Origin: a virus
Virus record (IMG/VR): IMGVR_UViG_3300045988_151387
Strand: one strand, 5' to 3'
Length of the DNA: 38,763 nt
The notes beneath the pieces were generated by a model that was not told the DNA's origin, did no database searches, and worked only from the letters and a program-made list of their open reading frames with translations. Position numbers and translations under genes: made by a program. Positions 7,115 to 14,362 of the stretch are shown piece after piece (the stretch's first letter is position 1; every line of letters begins with the position of its first letter).

Positions 7115-7780
7115 TTAATTAGTTTTTTGAGTTAAAGATAAAATTTCTTCTTCCACTGGAAGTCCGGATTTTTTAATAAGTCGTGCCAACCTTCCGTACA
7201 TTTTTCCTTTATTTCCATCGTTAATTGCACCTGCCCGAATTGCTTGCACACATATATCAATAGCTTTTTGATATTCTTGTTGTTTTTCATACAACATGGC
7301 TAAACGGACATATGCAGGGACATGGGGTGGAATAGAATTGTCATATCCATATTTTTCATTAACCACAAGCATATCGTGTAAGTCTGACAGGTTTGTATAA
7401 CACTTTTCTATAAATGTATCGGCTTGTTCTCCAGACGTTATTCCAAGGTTATACATAACAGACCACATAGATTCAATCTCATCTAAACCAGAAAAATATT
7501 TGTGAGAAATAGTGTTCATTTCTTCGTACTCTTCAAACCGATTTTTGTATGATTCCGATTGTATAGATGAGGTGGGCTCGATACTAAGAGTAGGTTCCTC
7601 AATATTAAGAGTGGTTTCTTTAAAGGAAATAGATTTCAAAACGTCTATCACCCATCCAATACCAAACAAACCACAAGTAAAAGTATATAAAATACCCATT
7701 CCAATATGCTTATCTAAATATTTATGAAGTCCAAACCATCCCCCGAATATAGTTGCTAATATCCTTGTTCTTTTTGACAT
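7115..7780 (-). CDS. Membrane protein: N-terminal TM2 domain + C-terminal TPR-like helical domain
   Basis: RBS gggggagg. N-terminus ILATIFGGWFGLHKYLDKHIGMGILYTFTCGLFGIGWVIDVL (TM2 signature). C-terminus AYVRLAMLYEKQQEYQKAIDICVQAI (TPR-like). Confidence 0.65.
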   Translation of the reverse strand: MSKRTRILATIFGGWFGLHKYLDKHIGMGILYTFTCGLFGIGWVIDVLKSISFKETTLNIEEPTLSIEPTSSIQSESYKNRFEEYEEMNTISHKYFSGLDEIESMWSVMYNLGITSGEQADTFIEKCYTNLSDLHDMLVVNEKYGYDNSIPPHVPAYVRLAMLYEKQQEYQKAIDICVQAIRAGAINDGNKGKMYGRLARLIKKSGLPVEEEILSLTQKTN

Positions 7781-7826
7781 AAAATTCCTCCCCCATTTGT
7801 AAAATTATTAAAACGTTGATACCGAA

Positions 7827-8036
7827 TTAACCATGTGCGTGATATTCAATATGCTGAACATCTTCCTTTTTAAAGTCGTCTCCTGTAATATGCTTCATAG
7901 CATGGAGATATGCTTTCATTTGCTTTTCATAATTCAGTCTGGAATTAATAAAAATTGTATAACTTCCATCTTCATTTTCTGTCACAACCTCATTTACGGT
8001 CATGTCCATTAAAATAACTTGGTAGCTAATCGACAT
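7827..8036 (-). CDS. Small ImmA/IrrE-like protein with degenerate metalloprotease motif (HAMKH)
   Basis: ATG 8036 with aaggaa upstream. It overlaps the repressor 3' end. SYTIFINSRLNYEKQMKAYLHAMKHI resembles the region around HExxH in repressor-associated ImmA proteins, but with Ala in place of Glu. Confidence 0.4.
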   Translation of the reverse strand: MSISYQVILMDMTVNEVVTENEDGSYTIFINSRLNYEKQMKAYLHAMKHITGDDFKKEDVQHIEYHAHG

Positions 8037-8403
8037 TATTACCACGTTCCTTCTTTTTTAATGCCATAAGCATATTATAAGTTGTTTTTAAATCTTCTGG
8101 TGTAGCATCTTTGGCAGCATCAAATAAAACACGAAGAGGTTTGTTTTTAAACAAAGCCTGTGCCATTTCTGCTGTTTCTTCGTTTATGTAATATTTTTCT
8201 TCACCTTCTTTTTCTTCTCCAGTCATCAAGTATTCTAACGTTACTCCGAAATAATCGGCAATCTTTTGAAGTTTGTCTTGTTTAGGTGTGTAACGTCCAG
8301 CTTTCCAGTTGCTTATTGTTGCAGTAGTTAGACCAGTTTCCTTACATACTCGATAAGGGGTTACATTATTTTTATTACATAAATTCTCAAAAATTTCGTA
8401 CAT
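8026..8403 (-). CDS. CI-like XRE-family HTH repressor (125 aa)
   Basis: ATG 8403 with RBS gagagg. HTH: VTPYRVCKETGLTTATISNWKAGRYTPKQDKLQKIADYFGVTLEYL. It is divergent from a Cro-like gene. Confidence 0.85.
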   Translation of the reverse strand: MYEIFENLCNKNNVTPYRVCKETGLTTATISNWKAGRYTPKQDKLQKIADYFGVTLEYLMTGEEKEGEEKYYINEETAEMAQALFKNKPLRVLFDAAKDATPEDLKTTYNMLMALKKKERGNNVD

Positions 8404-8427
8404 ATAATACCTCTCAAAAAAAATAAG

Positions 8428-8510
8428 TTTGAAAAAGAAGCTAAAAATATTGACAAGCTTCGATATCAATGCTATTATATGTATATAGCTTTGAAAAAGA
8501 AGTTATAAAT
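8428..8510. promoter_or_regulatory. Immunity switch: plus-strand promoter TTGACA-17-TATTAT flanked by two 21-bp direct repeats (candidate operators)
   Basis: Repeats tttgaaaaagaagctaaaaat (8428-8448) and tttgaaaaagaagttataaat (8490-8510). -35 at 8450-8455, -10 at 8473-8478. On the minus strand a TATAAT overlaps the same -10. Confidence 0.6.
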
Positions 8511-8610
8511 TATTTTAGCTAAGGTTCCGATATGACTTTGATTGACACCTTAATTATATTTGAAATCTTAGCTATTGTCAAATATTTTTGAAGATAGTGG
8601 AGGTGAAAAA

Positions 8611-8796
8611 GTGTACGAAAAATTCCAAGTATTATTAGAGAAAAGCAACAAAACAGCATATGGCGTAGCAAAAGATACAGGGATTTCAACGTCAACATTT
8701 TCTAATTGGAAAAATGGAAGATATACTCCGAAAACGGACAAGCTCAAAATCCTTGCTGATTACTTCGGTGTAAGTATTGAGTATTTCCTAGAGTAG
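8611..8796 (+). CDS. Cro-like XRE-family HTH protein (61 aa)
   Basis: GTG 8611 preceded by ggaggtgaaaaa. HTH: KTAYGVAKDTGISTSTFSNWKNGRYTPKTDKLKILADYFGVSIEYF. Confidence 0.8.
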   Translation: MYEKFQVLLEKSNKTAYGVAKDTGISTSTFSNWKNGRYTPKTDKLKILADYFGVSIEYFLE

Positions 8797-9030
8797 AAAA
8801 TGGTATGAGAAAAAAGAAATGAGGCCCTTACCTCAAAATCACGCACAAGGTAAAGGCCAAAATCATGTATCAAGAAAAGCTTTTCTTTGAATTTATTGTA
8901 GCAGAAGAAAAGAAGAAGAACAAGGGGTGTAAAATGTAAGGTTTTGACGAAAAAAGGAGGTGTTCCATATGCCAGTAGTATGTTTCACCAAAGAAATCTG
9001 TCATACATATCATAAACTAGAGGTGAGCTT

Positions 9031-9177
9031 ATGAAGATTATCAGTCAAATTAAAATTGATGGAAAATGGGTAAATCAAGAATTAATTCCGAAAGAAAAGG
9101 CGTTGGAAATCATTGCGGAAACTATCTGTATGGCAGTGAGTAACGCAGGATTTGCAATAAATAAGAAAACCGCCTAG
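9031..9177 (+). CDS. Hypothetical 48-aa protein
   Basis: RBS agaggtgag. Sequence MKIISQIKIDGKWVNQELIPKEKALEIIAETICMAVSNAGFAINKKTA. Not in the ORF track. Confidence 0.4.
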   Translation: MKIISQIKIDGKWVNQELIPKEKALEIIAETICMAVSNAGFAINKKTA

Positions 9178-9200
9178 TGCGGGAAAGGAGGGACAAGCTA

Positions 9201-9419
9201 ATGCACATAGGAGATTGGATTACAGGATTTGGATTTATTGCAATGCTAACTTTTGCCCTGGGACTGGATAGTGAGCACTGGGTATTATTCCTTGCTTTAG
9301 TCATGCTATCCTGCTCCGTTATGGTGCTTGGACAGGCAATAAAAAAAGTCCGCTGGGCGGCAACCCGATTGCGGACAAAGAAAAATAAATACCTCGTCAT
9401 TATTGTAAGGCGAGGATAG
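9201..9419 (+). CDS. Small membrane protein (72 aa from the RBS-supported ATG)
   Basis: RBS aaaggaggg. Two hydrophobic helices and a basic C-terminus. Confidence 0.5.
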   Translation: MHIGDWITGFGFIAMLTFALGLDSEHWVLFLALVMLSCSVMVLGQAIKKVRWAATRLRTKKNKYLVIIVRRG

Positions 9420-9454
9420 GGAAAAGTCAAGAAGCTTTTAGGGAGTGAAACAAT

Positions 9455-9679
9455 ATGACGAAAATAGAGCGTTTACAATGGGAAAACAAGAAAATGAAGG
9501 AAACGTTGGAGAAAATACATGCCATGTGCAATATGACCAGCGAAGAACGGGAAGAGTATCTGAAAACATTTAAGTATGAGGGTGCACAGTTTTATCCAAT
9601 TGCAGTGGGAAGCATTAGCTATATGGCACAAGAGGCTCTTACAGCAGTAAAAATCGGAAAAGAAATGAGGCATACATAA
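9455..9679 (+). CDS. Hypothetical protein
   Basis: RBS tagggagtg. Same strand as the early genes. No recognisable motif. Confidence 0.5.
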   Translation: MTKIERLQWENKKMKETLEKIHAMCNMTSEEREEYLKTFKYEGAQFYPIAVGSISYMAQEALTAVKIGKEMRHT

Positions 9680-9894
9680 TGGGAGAATTTGCCAGTCTGG
9701 AAGAGGACATGATACATGTATTTGAAGAAGTACAGCATGTAAAAGAGAAATACGGGATAAGCTCCCTTACCTTAGAGAGCAACAAGTACACGGAACGTTT
9801 CCACGGGAGCCATGGAGGAAAAGGGAATTTTGTGGGAGAACGGGAACACCGATACGCAAGAAATCACAAGAAACATTTTATACAGATAAAGTAA
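9679..9894 (+). CDS. Hypothetical protein
   Basis: ATAATG overlap with the previous stop (translational coupling). Confidence 0.5.
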   Translation: MGEFASLEEDMIHVFEEVQHVKEKYGISSLTLESNKYTERFHGSHGGKGNFVGEREHRYARNHKKHFIQIK

Positions 9895-9896
9895 AA

Positions 9897-9920
9897 GTCC
9901 AGAGGAAAAAACCTCTGGAC
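9897..9920 (+). terminator. 9-bp perfect hairpin (gtccagagg-aaaaaa-cctctggac) without a U-tract; a terminator, or possibly a replication-origin hairpin
   Basis: The stem-loop was read directly. It lies about 120 bp upstream of the HUH Rep gene. Confidence 0.3.
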
Positions 9921-10043
9921 AAGTCATATGTAGCTTGAAAACGTTAAATAAAGTATAGCATGTATGACTTAGAAATGCAAGGAAACAAGCGGATTTTCCA
10001 CCGCTTTACAACTTGTTAAAAGTATTAAGGATAGGACATACAT

Positions 10044-10850
10044 ATGGCATACAAGAAAAAAACATGGGAGTTCCGGCGGGCTACCGAGGTAATGGAATAT
10101 CATACTGCCAGATATGGAGCGCCAGGACAGAAAAGAGTAAAAAAGGAAAAACCTACCAGAGAAGATATGGAGAAGGTGAACCAGTACACAAAGGAGCGGA
10201 AGGCCAGACACAGGCTAAGGAAGTACTTTTATAAAAATGATTATTTCTCCTGTCTAACTTACAAGGTAGAAGAAAGACCGCCAGATATGCAGACAGCAAA
10301 AAAAGATTGGAGTGCTGCCTTGAAAATAATCAGGAGGGAATACAAAAAACGTGGAGAACCGCTTTTATGGATGCGGAACATAGAAGTTGGGACAAAAGGA
10401 GCCTGGCACATCCATCTGGTTATCAATCGCATACCGGATACCGACGTAATTCTGAAAAAAGCATGGGCAAAAGGAAAAGTAGTCAATCAGCTCCTTTATG
10501 AGCAGGGAGAATATAAAGAGCTGGCCGCATACATAACCAAAACCCCGCGCACAGATAACCGTCTAAGAGAATCCAATTATGACGCATCCAGGAACATGCC
10601 GCTTCCAGAACCAAAGGAAAAAATATATCTGCACTGGAAAACCTGGAACAAAATCAAAATCCCAGAAGGATATTATCTGGATCCGGACAGCATCCATGAG
10701 GGAGAGAACCCAAAGACGGGATATCCATACCGCACCTATACACTTTTGAAATTGGGAGAGGACACAGAAGAAAGAAGTTCAGAAAAACAAAGGAAAACAC
10801 AAAGGAGGGCAAAGAAGCATGAAAAATGTAAGCATATATCTGGAAAGTGA
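10044..10850 (+). CDS. HUH-superfamily rolling-circle replication initiator (Rep)-like protein
   Basis: All three Rep motifs in order: FSCLTYK (motif 1), AWHIHLVINR (HUH, motif 2), LAAYITKT (YxxK, motif 3). Confidence 0.65.
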   Translation: MAYKKKTWEFRRATEVMEYHTARYGAPGQKRVKKEKPTREDMEKVNQYTKERKARHRLRKYFYKNDYFSCLTYKVEERPPDMQTAKKDWSAALKIIRREYKKRGEPLLWMRNIEVGTKGAWHIHLVINRIPDTDVILKKAWAKGKVVNQLLYEQGEYKELAAYITKTPRTDNRLRESNYDASRNMPLPEPKEKIYLHWKTWNKIKIPEGYYLDPDSIHEGENPKTGYPYRTYTLLKLGEDTEERSSEKQRKTQRRAKKHEKCKHISGK

Positions 10851-11289
10851 CAGTACTGCCTTCCAAAAACGGAAACGAATTTGCGGCTATGTTCTGGAAT
10901 ACATAAAAAAGAATGGAGAAACTAAGACAATAGAAGAGTTCCAGGAAGTAGGTGGAACCTACCACCAGGAGATTCTACGTGCTCTGGCAGAGGCATTAGG
11001 ACGTATTCGTGAGCCTTGTGCTATAAGCATTTACAGCCAGGATGCCTTTGTTTGTAATATGCTCACAAATAAGTTACAGGAATGGGCGGACAACGATTTT
11101 ATCTCAAACGGGAAGCCGGTTGCAAATCAGGAAGAATGGCGTGCCGTCTGGGAGAAGATAAAGATACATAAGACTAGCACCTGTATAGGGGAACATTCTT
11201 ATACAGACTGGATGCTGGCAGAAATGGAGGAACGATTTGAAAAAAAGAGAAAAGAAACAAAAGAGCATCCTGCAAAACCAGGAAAATAA
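10819..11289 (+). CDS. RNase H-like (RNase HI-type) protein
   Basis: RBS aaaggaggg. The spacing YLESDS...HQEILRAL...ISIYSQDAF...W......NQEEW..VW....HK......EHSYTDWMLAEM resembles the D-E-D-D arrangement of RNase HI. This is a recollection-level match only. Confidence 0.4.
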   Translation: MKNVSIYLESDSTAFQKRKRICGYVLEYIKKNGETKTIEEFQEVGGTYHQEILRALAEALGRIREPCAISIYSQDAFVCNMLTNKLQEWADNDFISNGKPVANQEEWRAVWEKIKIHKTSTCIGEHSYTDWMLAEMEERFEKKRKETKEHPAKPGK

Positions 11290-11578
11290 ACAGTGTTATC
11301 TCTGTATGCTGCAGGAAGGAAACTATGCCTATCAGACCGTAGAGGACCATCATATTTTCTTTGGCCCGAACAGAAGAAACAGCGAATTATACGGATTTAA
11401 GGTAAATCTCTGCATACGACATCACAGAACAGGAAAAGAAGCAGTGCATTTGAATCGGGAGAATGACCTTATCCTAAAGAAAATGTGCCAGAGAGAGTAC
11501 GAAAGAACCCATACACGCCAAGAATTTGTCCAGATTATCGGGAAATCCTATCTTGGTGGGGGATTCGAGAGAGCTTGA
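11237..11578 (+). CDS. HNH / zinc-finger nuclease-like protein
   Basis: TTG start with ggagg 6 nt upstream. CYLC...EDHHIFFGPNRRNSE...LCIRHH...VHLN (CxxC...HH...N...CxxHH pattern). Confidence 0.45.
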   Translation: MKKREKKQKSILQNQENKQCYLCMLQEGNYAYQTVEDHHIFFGPNRRNSELYGFKVNLCIRHHRTGKEAVHLNRENDLILKKMCQREYERTHTRQEFVQIIGKSYLGGGFERA

Positions 11579-11745
11579 TTTTACTATACGGAACGGCATT
11601 TTGAAAGCTGATTTTTTAAAAACAGGAAGAAAAAATGGGATAGAATCCCCACTTTCCACATTTTTTTGTGTGGATAGAAACCGTAGAAAGATTGTAATTA
11701 CAATACGTGAAGGGGTGGGGGACTTTTTCCAAAAGGAGGGAAATC

Positions 11746-12180
11746 ATGAATAAAGTAGTTTTAATGGGACGATTAACCAGAGACCCAGAGGTACGTTACA
11801 CCCAGGGAGATAACCCTATGGCGATAGCCAGGTACACCCTGGCCGTAGACCGCCGTTTCAAAAGAGAGGGAGAAGCCACAGCAGACTTTATAAGTTGTAT
11901 AACCTTCGGAAAGCAGGCAGAATTTGCCGAGAAATACTTCCGGCAGGGCTTAAAAATAATCGTCTGCGGCCGGATCCAGACCGGGAGCTACACAAACCGG
12001 GAAGGGAAGAAAGTTTACACCACAGATGTTGTGATAGAAGAACAGGACTTTGCTGAGGGTAAAGGTGCGGCAAAAGAATCAAATCAGGGAAATAATTCGG
12101 CAGCAGGACGGCCAATAGAGGATGCAGACGGATTTATGAATATACCAGACGGAATAGATGAGGAGCTGCCATTTAGTTAA
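11746..12180 (+). CDS. ssb: Single-stranded DNA-binding protein
   Basis: RBS aaaaggaggg. N-terminus MNKVVLMGRLTRDPEVRYT...ARYTLAVDR (OB fold). Gly/Asn-rich linker. Acidic tail DGIDEELPFS. Confidence 0.9.
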   Translation: MNKVVLMGRLTRDPEVRYTQGDNPMAIARYTLAVDRRFKREGEATADFISCITFGKQAEFAEKYFRQGLKIIVCGRIQTGSYTNREGKKVYTTDVVIEEQDFAEGKGAAKESNQGNNSAAGRPIEDADGFMNIPDGIDEELPFS

Positions 12181-12189
12181 GGAGGAACT

Positions 12190-12555
12190 ATGAAAGATAG
12201 AAGAAACCGCTGGGAGAGCTGCCTGCACATGATCCTTCCAGGGGAATTGAGGACAAAGAAATCCTGCCCACATGCAAGAAAAAAAGCAGGGAAATATTAC
12301 GTGGAGAAAGGAAAATGCGAAGGCTGCACATACTGGGAAGCATGGGAGTGTGTTCCGGAAAGGACTGTGCAGGAGATCATAACAAAGGACTGCAAGAAAT
12401 GCCAGTATGGCAGCAGGAACTCAGACGGGGCAAGGATGACCTGCGACTACATAGGAGATATGGGGCACAGAAGGCCATGCAAACCGGGAGACTGCCGGGA
12501 AGCAGGAGTTTTTAAGCCCAGGGAGAGTGTCAGGAGAAAACAGTTAAGAGCATAA
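12190..12555 (+). CDS. Cys-rich hypothetical protein
   Basis: RBS aaggagg. 12 Cys in CxxC-like pairs. Confidence 0.55.
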   Translation: MKDRRNRWESCLHMILPGELRTKKSCPHARKKAGKYYVEKGKCEGCTYWEAWECVPERTVQEIITKDCKKCQYGSRNSDGARMTCDYIGDMGHRRPCKPGDCREAGVFKPRESVRRKQLRA

Positions 12556-12565
12556 AGGAGGGAAC

Positions 12566-12907
12566 ATGTTGCAGCAATTATATTCGATACAGGAGATAGG
12601 CATTCTCCTGTTGCAGATAAGCGGTTTTCTCTTCGCATTGCTGGCGATATGGTTCATCATCCTGGCCGGGGCAGAATTGTTCCGGGACAGGATAAATGCC
12701 AGGATAGAAGAGAAACGAAAAGAAATGAAAATTTTGAAAGAAAAAATCCGGGAAGAAGAAAACAGGGGAAAACATCTGGATAAAGAAGTAGCGATCTACG
12801 ATATGGCTCTAAGGAACCTAAGATTCATAGACGAGCATCTGAAAGCAAAGGAAAATAATTACAGGAAGTTACATGGACTTCCGCTGATCAGGAGGAGAAA
12901 AAAGTGA
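12566..12907 (+). CDS. Membrane-anchored coiled-coil protein, hypothetical
   Basis: RBS aaaggaggg. N-terminal TM helix followed by a charged helix. Confidence 0.5.
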   Translation: MLQQLYSIQEIGILLLQISGFLFALLAIWFIILAGAELFRDRINARIEEKRKEMKILKEKIREEENRGKHLDKEVAIYDMALRNLRFIDEHLKAKENNYRKLHGLPLIRRRKK

Positions 12908-13425
12908 ATCGTAAGGAAGAAAAATGGAGAAATGAGGGTGCTGCATATGCCCTCAGAGTAGCAAAAGAAAAAGGCGTAGAACACCTGGAACAGGATTTAC
13001 GAAGACGGGGGGCAGTAGGAATCCCTATGAACATCCCAGAGAAAGCGATTGAAGCTACATACGATATGCTGGCTAAAAGAATCATGAACACTATGAAAAC
13101 GGTAGCCATGTGGGTCTTATATGAAGAACATGGATGGCGTTCTGTCCGTTTACAGAGATTTGAGCAGCAGATGGACAAACACAGTGAAGCGTGTATGAGT
13201 TATGACCGCTATGGCCAGAGTTACGTAAAACTTTCCGATATGGCGAAAACCATGCAGGAAACATGTGGAATCCACCCAGATATGGAGACCTTGGAAACAA
13301 TCGAAAAGGAAAACGAGAAAGCAAATGGGAAATTTGTTTCTCTGGATGCAGTAGTAGAAGTCTTAGAGGAAACAGGCCATGGAGATATTGCAGAGGCCCT
13401 GAAAAGAAAAATAGAAAATGCATAG
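12904..13425 (+). CDS. Hypothetical protein
   Basis: GTG start after aggaggag. Overlaps the previous stop. Confidence 0.5.
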   Translation: MNRKEEKWRNEGAAYALRVAKEKGVEHLEQDLRRRGAVGIPMNIPEKAIEATYDMLAKRIMNTMKTVAMWVLYEEHGWRSVRLQRFEQQMDKHSEACMSYDRYGQSYVKLSDMAKTMQETCGIHPDMETLETIEKENEKANGKFVSLDAVVEVLEETGHGDIAEALKRKIENA

Positions 13426-13434
13426 GAGGACACT

Positions 13435-13545
13435 ATGGGAAGAAATAATTTTACCGCTTTTATCTACGGAAAACAAAGCGGAAGATGTATAGGCAGCAGG
13501 AAACCAAGGAAACAAAGAGTAAGGAATGCAAAGAAGCGGAGGTAG
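13435..13545 (+). CDS. Small, very basic 36-aa protein, hypothetical
   Basis: Strong RBS taggagga. Sequence MGRNNFTAFIYGKQSGRCIGSRKPRKQRVRNAKKRR. Not in the ORF track. Confidence 0.35.
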   Translation: MGRNNFTAFIYGKQSGRCIGSRKPRKQRVRNAKKRR

Positions 13546-13550
13546 AAGAT

Positions 13551-14156
13551 ATGTTTTTGAAGATAAATTGTTTTAAGGCACTGATAAAAAAAGCGTGGAG
13601 CGGAGTCGGATTAACAGTAGGAAATGACGGGACAGGAATTTATCTGCTGGGAGGATATTGGAGCATCTACCTGGACAGTGTATGGATGACAAAGAAAGCG
13701 AAAGCAGCAATCATTGAACTCACAGGGTTTATCCCGGCAGCAGGACAGGCCGTGACCTTCTGGAAAAGCGAAGATAACCAGACAGAAGAAAGGGAACTAC
13801 TCCCGGAAAGATACTATAAACCAGATACCTGTTATTTTAAAACGAAATATAAAGATACAGGCATCCGTATCCGGGATTATGGAAGAGGAGTGGCAGTCCT
13901 TCAGAACACAAACACCATGGGAAATATCATGCTTGCAGAGAACATTGTAGACATGGTGGACAATAGCAGCAGGGAGAAAGGGGAAGACCCGGTGAGTCCT
14001 CCACTAAGTGAAAGCGGACAGGAAGGAATCTACTGGCAGAACGAAACCTGCACATTAAAATGCATGCCGGTGCTTGTGCAGGAAGAGACAAAGGAAGAAT
14101 TCCTGTTAAAGAAACTGGAAGAATATGATTTTGAGGAAAAGAGAAAAAGACCATGA
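13551..14156 (+). CDS. Hypothetical protein (201 aa from the RBS-supported ATG; the ORF track begins at 13485)
   Basis: ggaggtagaagat precedes ATG 13551. Confidence 0.5.
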   Translation: MFLKINCFKALIKKAWSGVGLTVGNDGTGIYLLGGYWSIYLDSVWMTKKAKAAIIELTGFIPAAGQAVTFWKSEDNQTEERELLPERYYKPDTCYFKTKYKDTGIRIRDYGRGVAVLQNTNTMGNIMLAENIVDMVDNSSREKGEDPVSPPLSESGQEGIYWQNETCTLKCMPVLVQEETKEEFLLKKLEEYDFEEKRKRP

Positions 14157-14362
14157 AGAAAGAGAATTTAATCCCAGGGAAAACATATCTCCGCAAGCAC
14201 AAAGCAACTATGCACAGCAGATATGGAAGCAAAGAAGCCGAAGCAGAGGGTTATATCGAATGTATGCAGGTGACACCGGCAGGGGCTGTGTTCTTCCAGT
14301 CGGGGAATTTGCTTAAACTGACGGATGAGGAGATAGAAAGAGAGGTAAGGGAAGATCAGTGA
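14153..14362 (+). CDS. Hypothetical protein
   Basis: Overlapping stop/start with both neighbours. Confidence 0.45.
   Translation: MKKENLIPGKTYLRKHKATMHSRYGSKEAEAEGYIECMQVTPAGAVFFQSGNLLKLTDEEIEREVREDQ

Noticed and set aside
8797-9030. Non-coding stretch after the cro-like gene, with a 16-bp palindrome aagaaaagcttttctt (about 8872-8888) and an imperfect hairpin ggcccttacc...ggtaaaggcc
   Set aside because: Only tiny ORFs without RBSs are present, and no U-tract or promoter consensus was seen. The evidence is too weak to call a terminator, operator or RNA gene.
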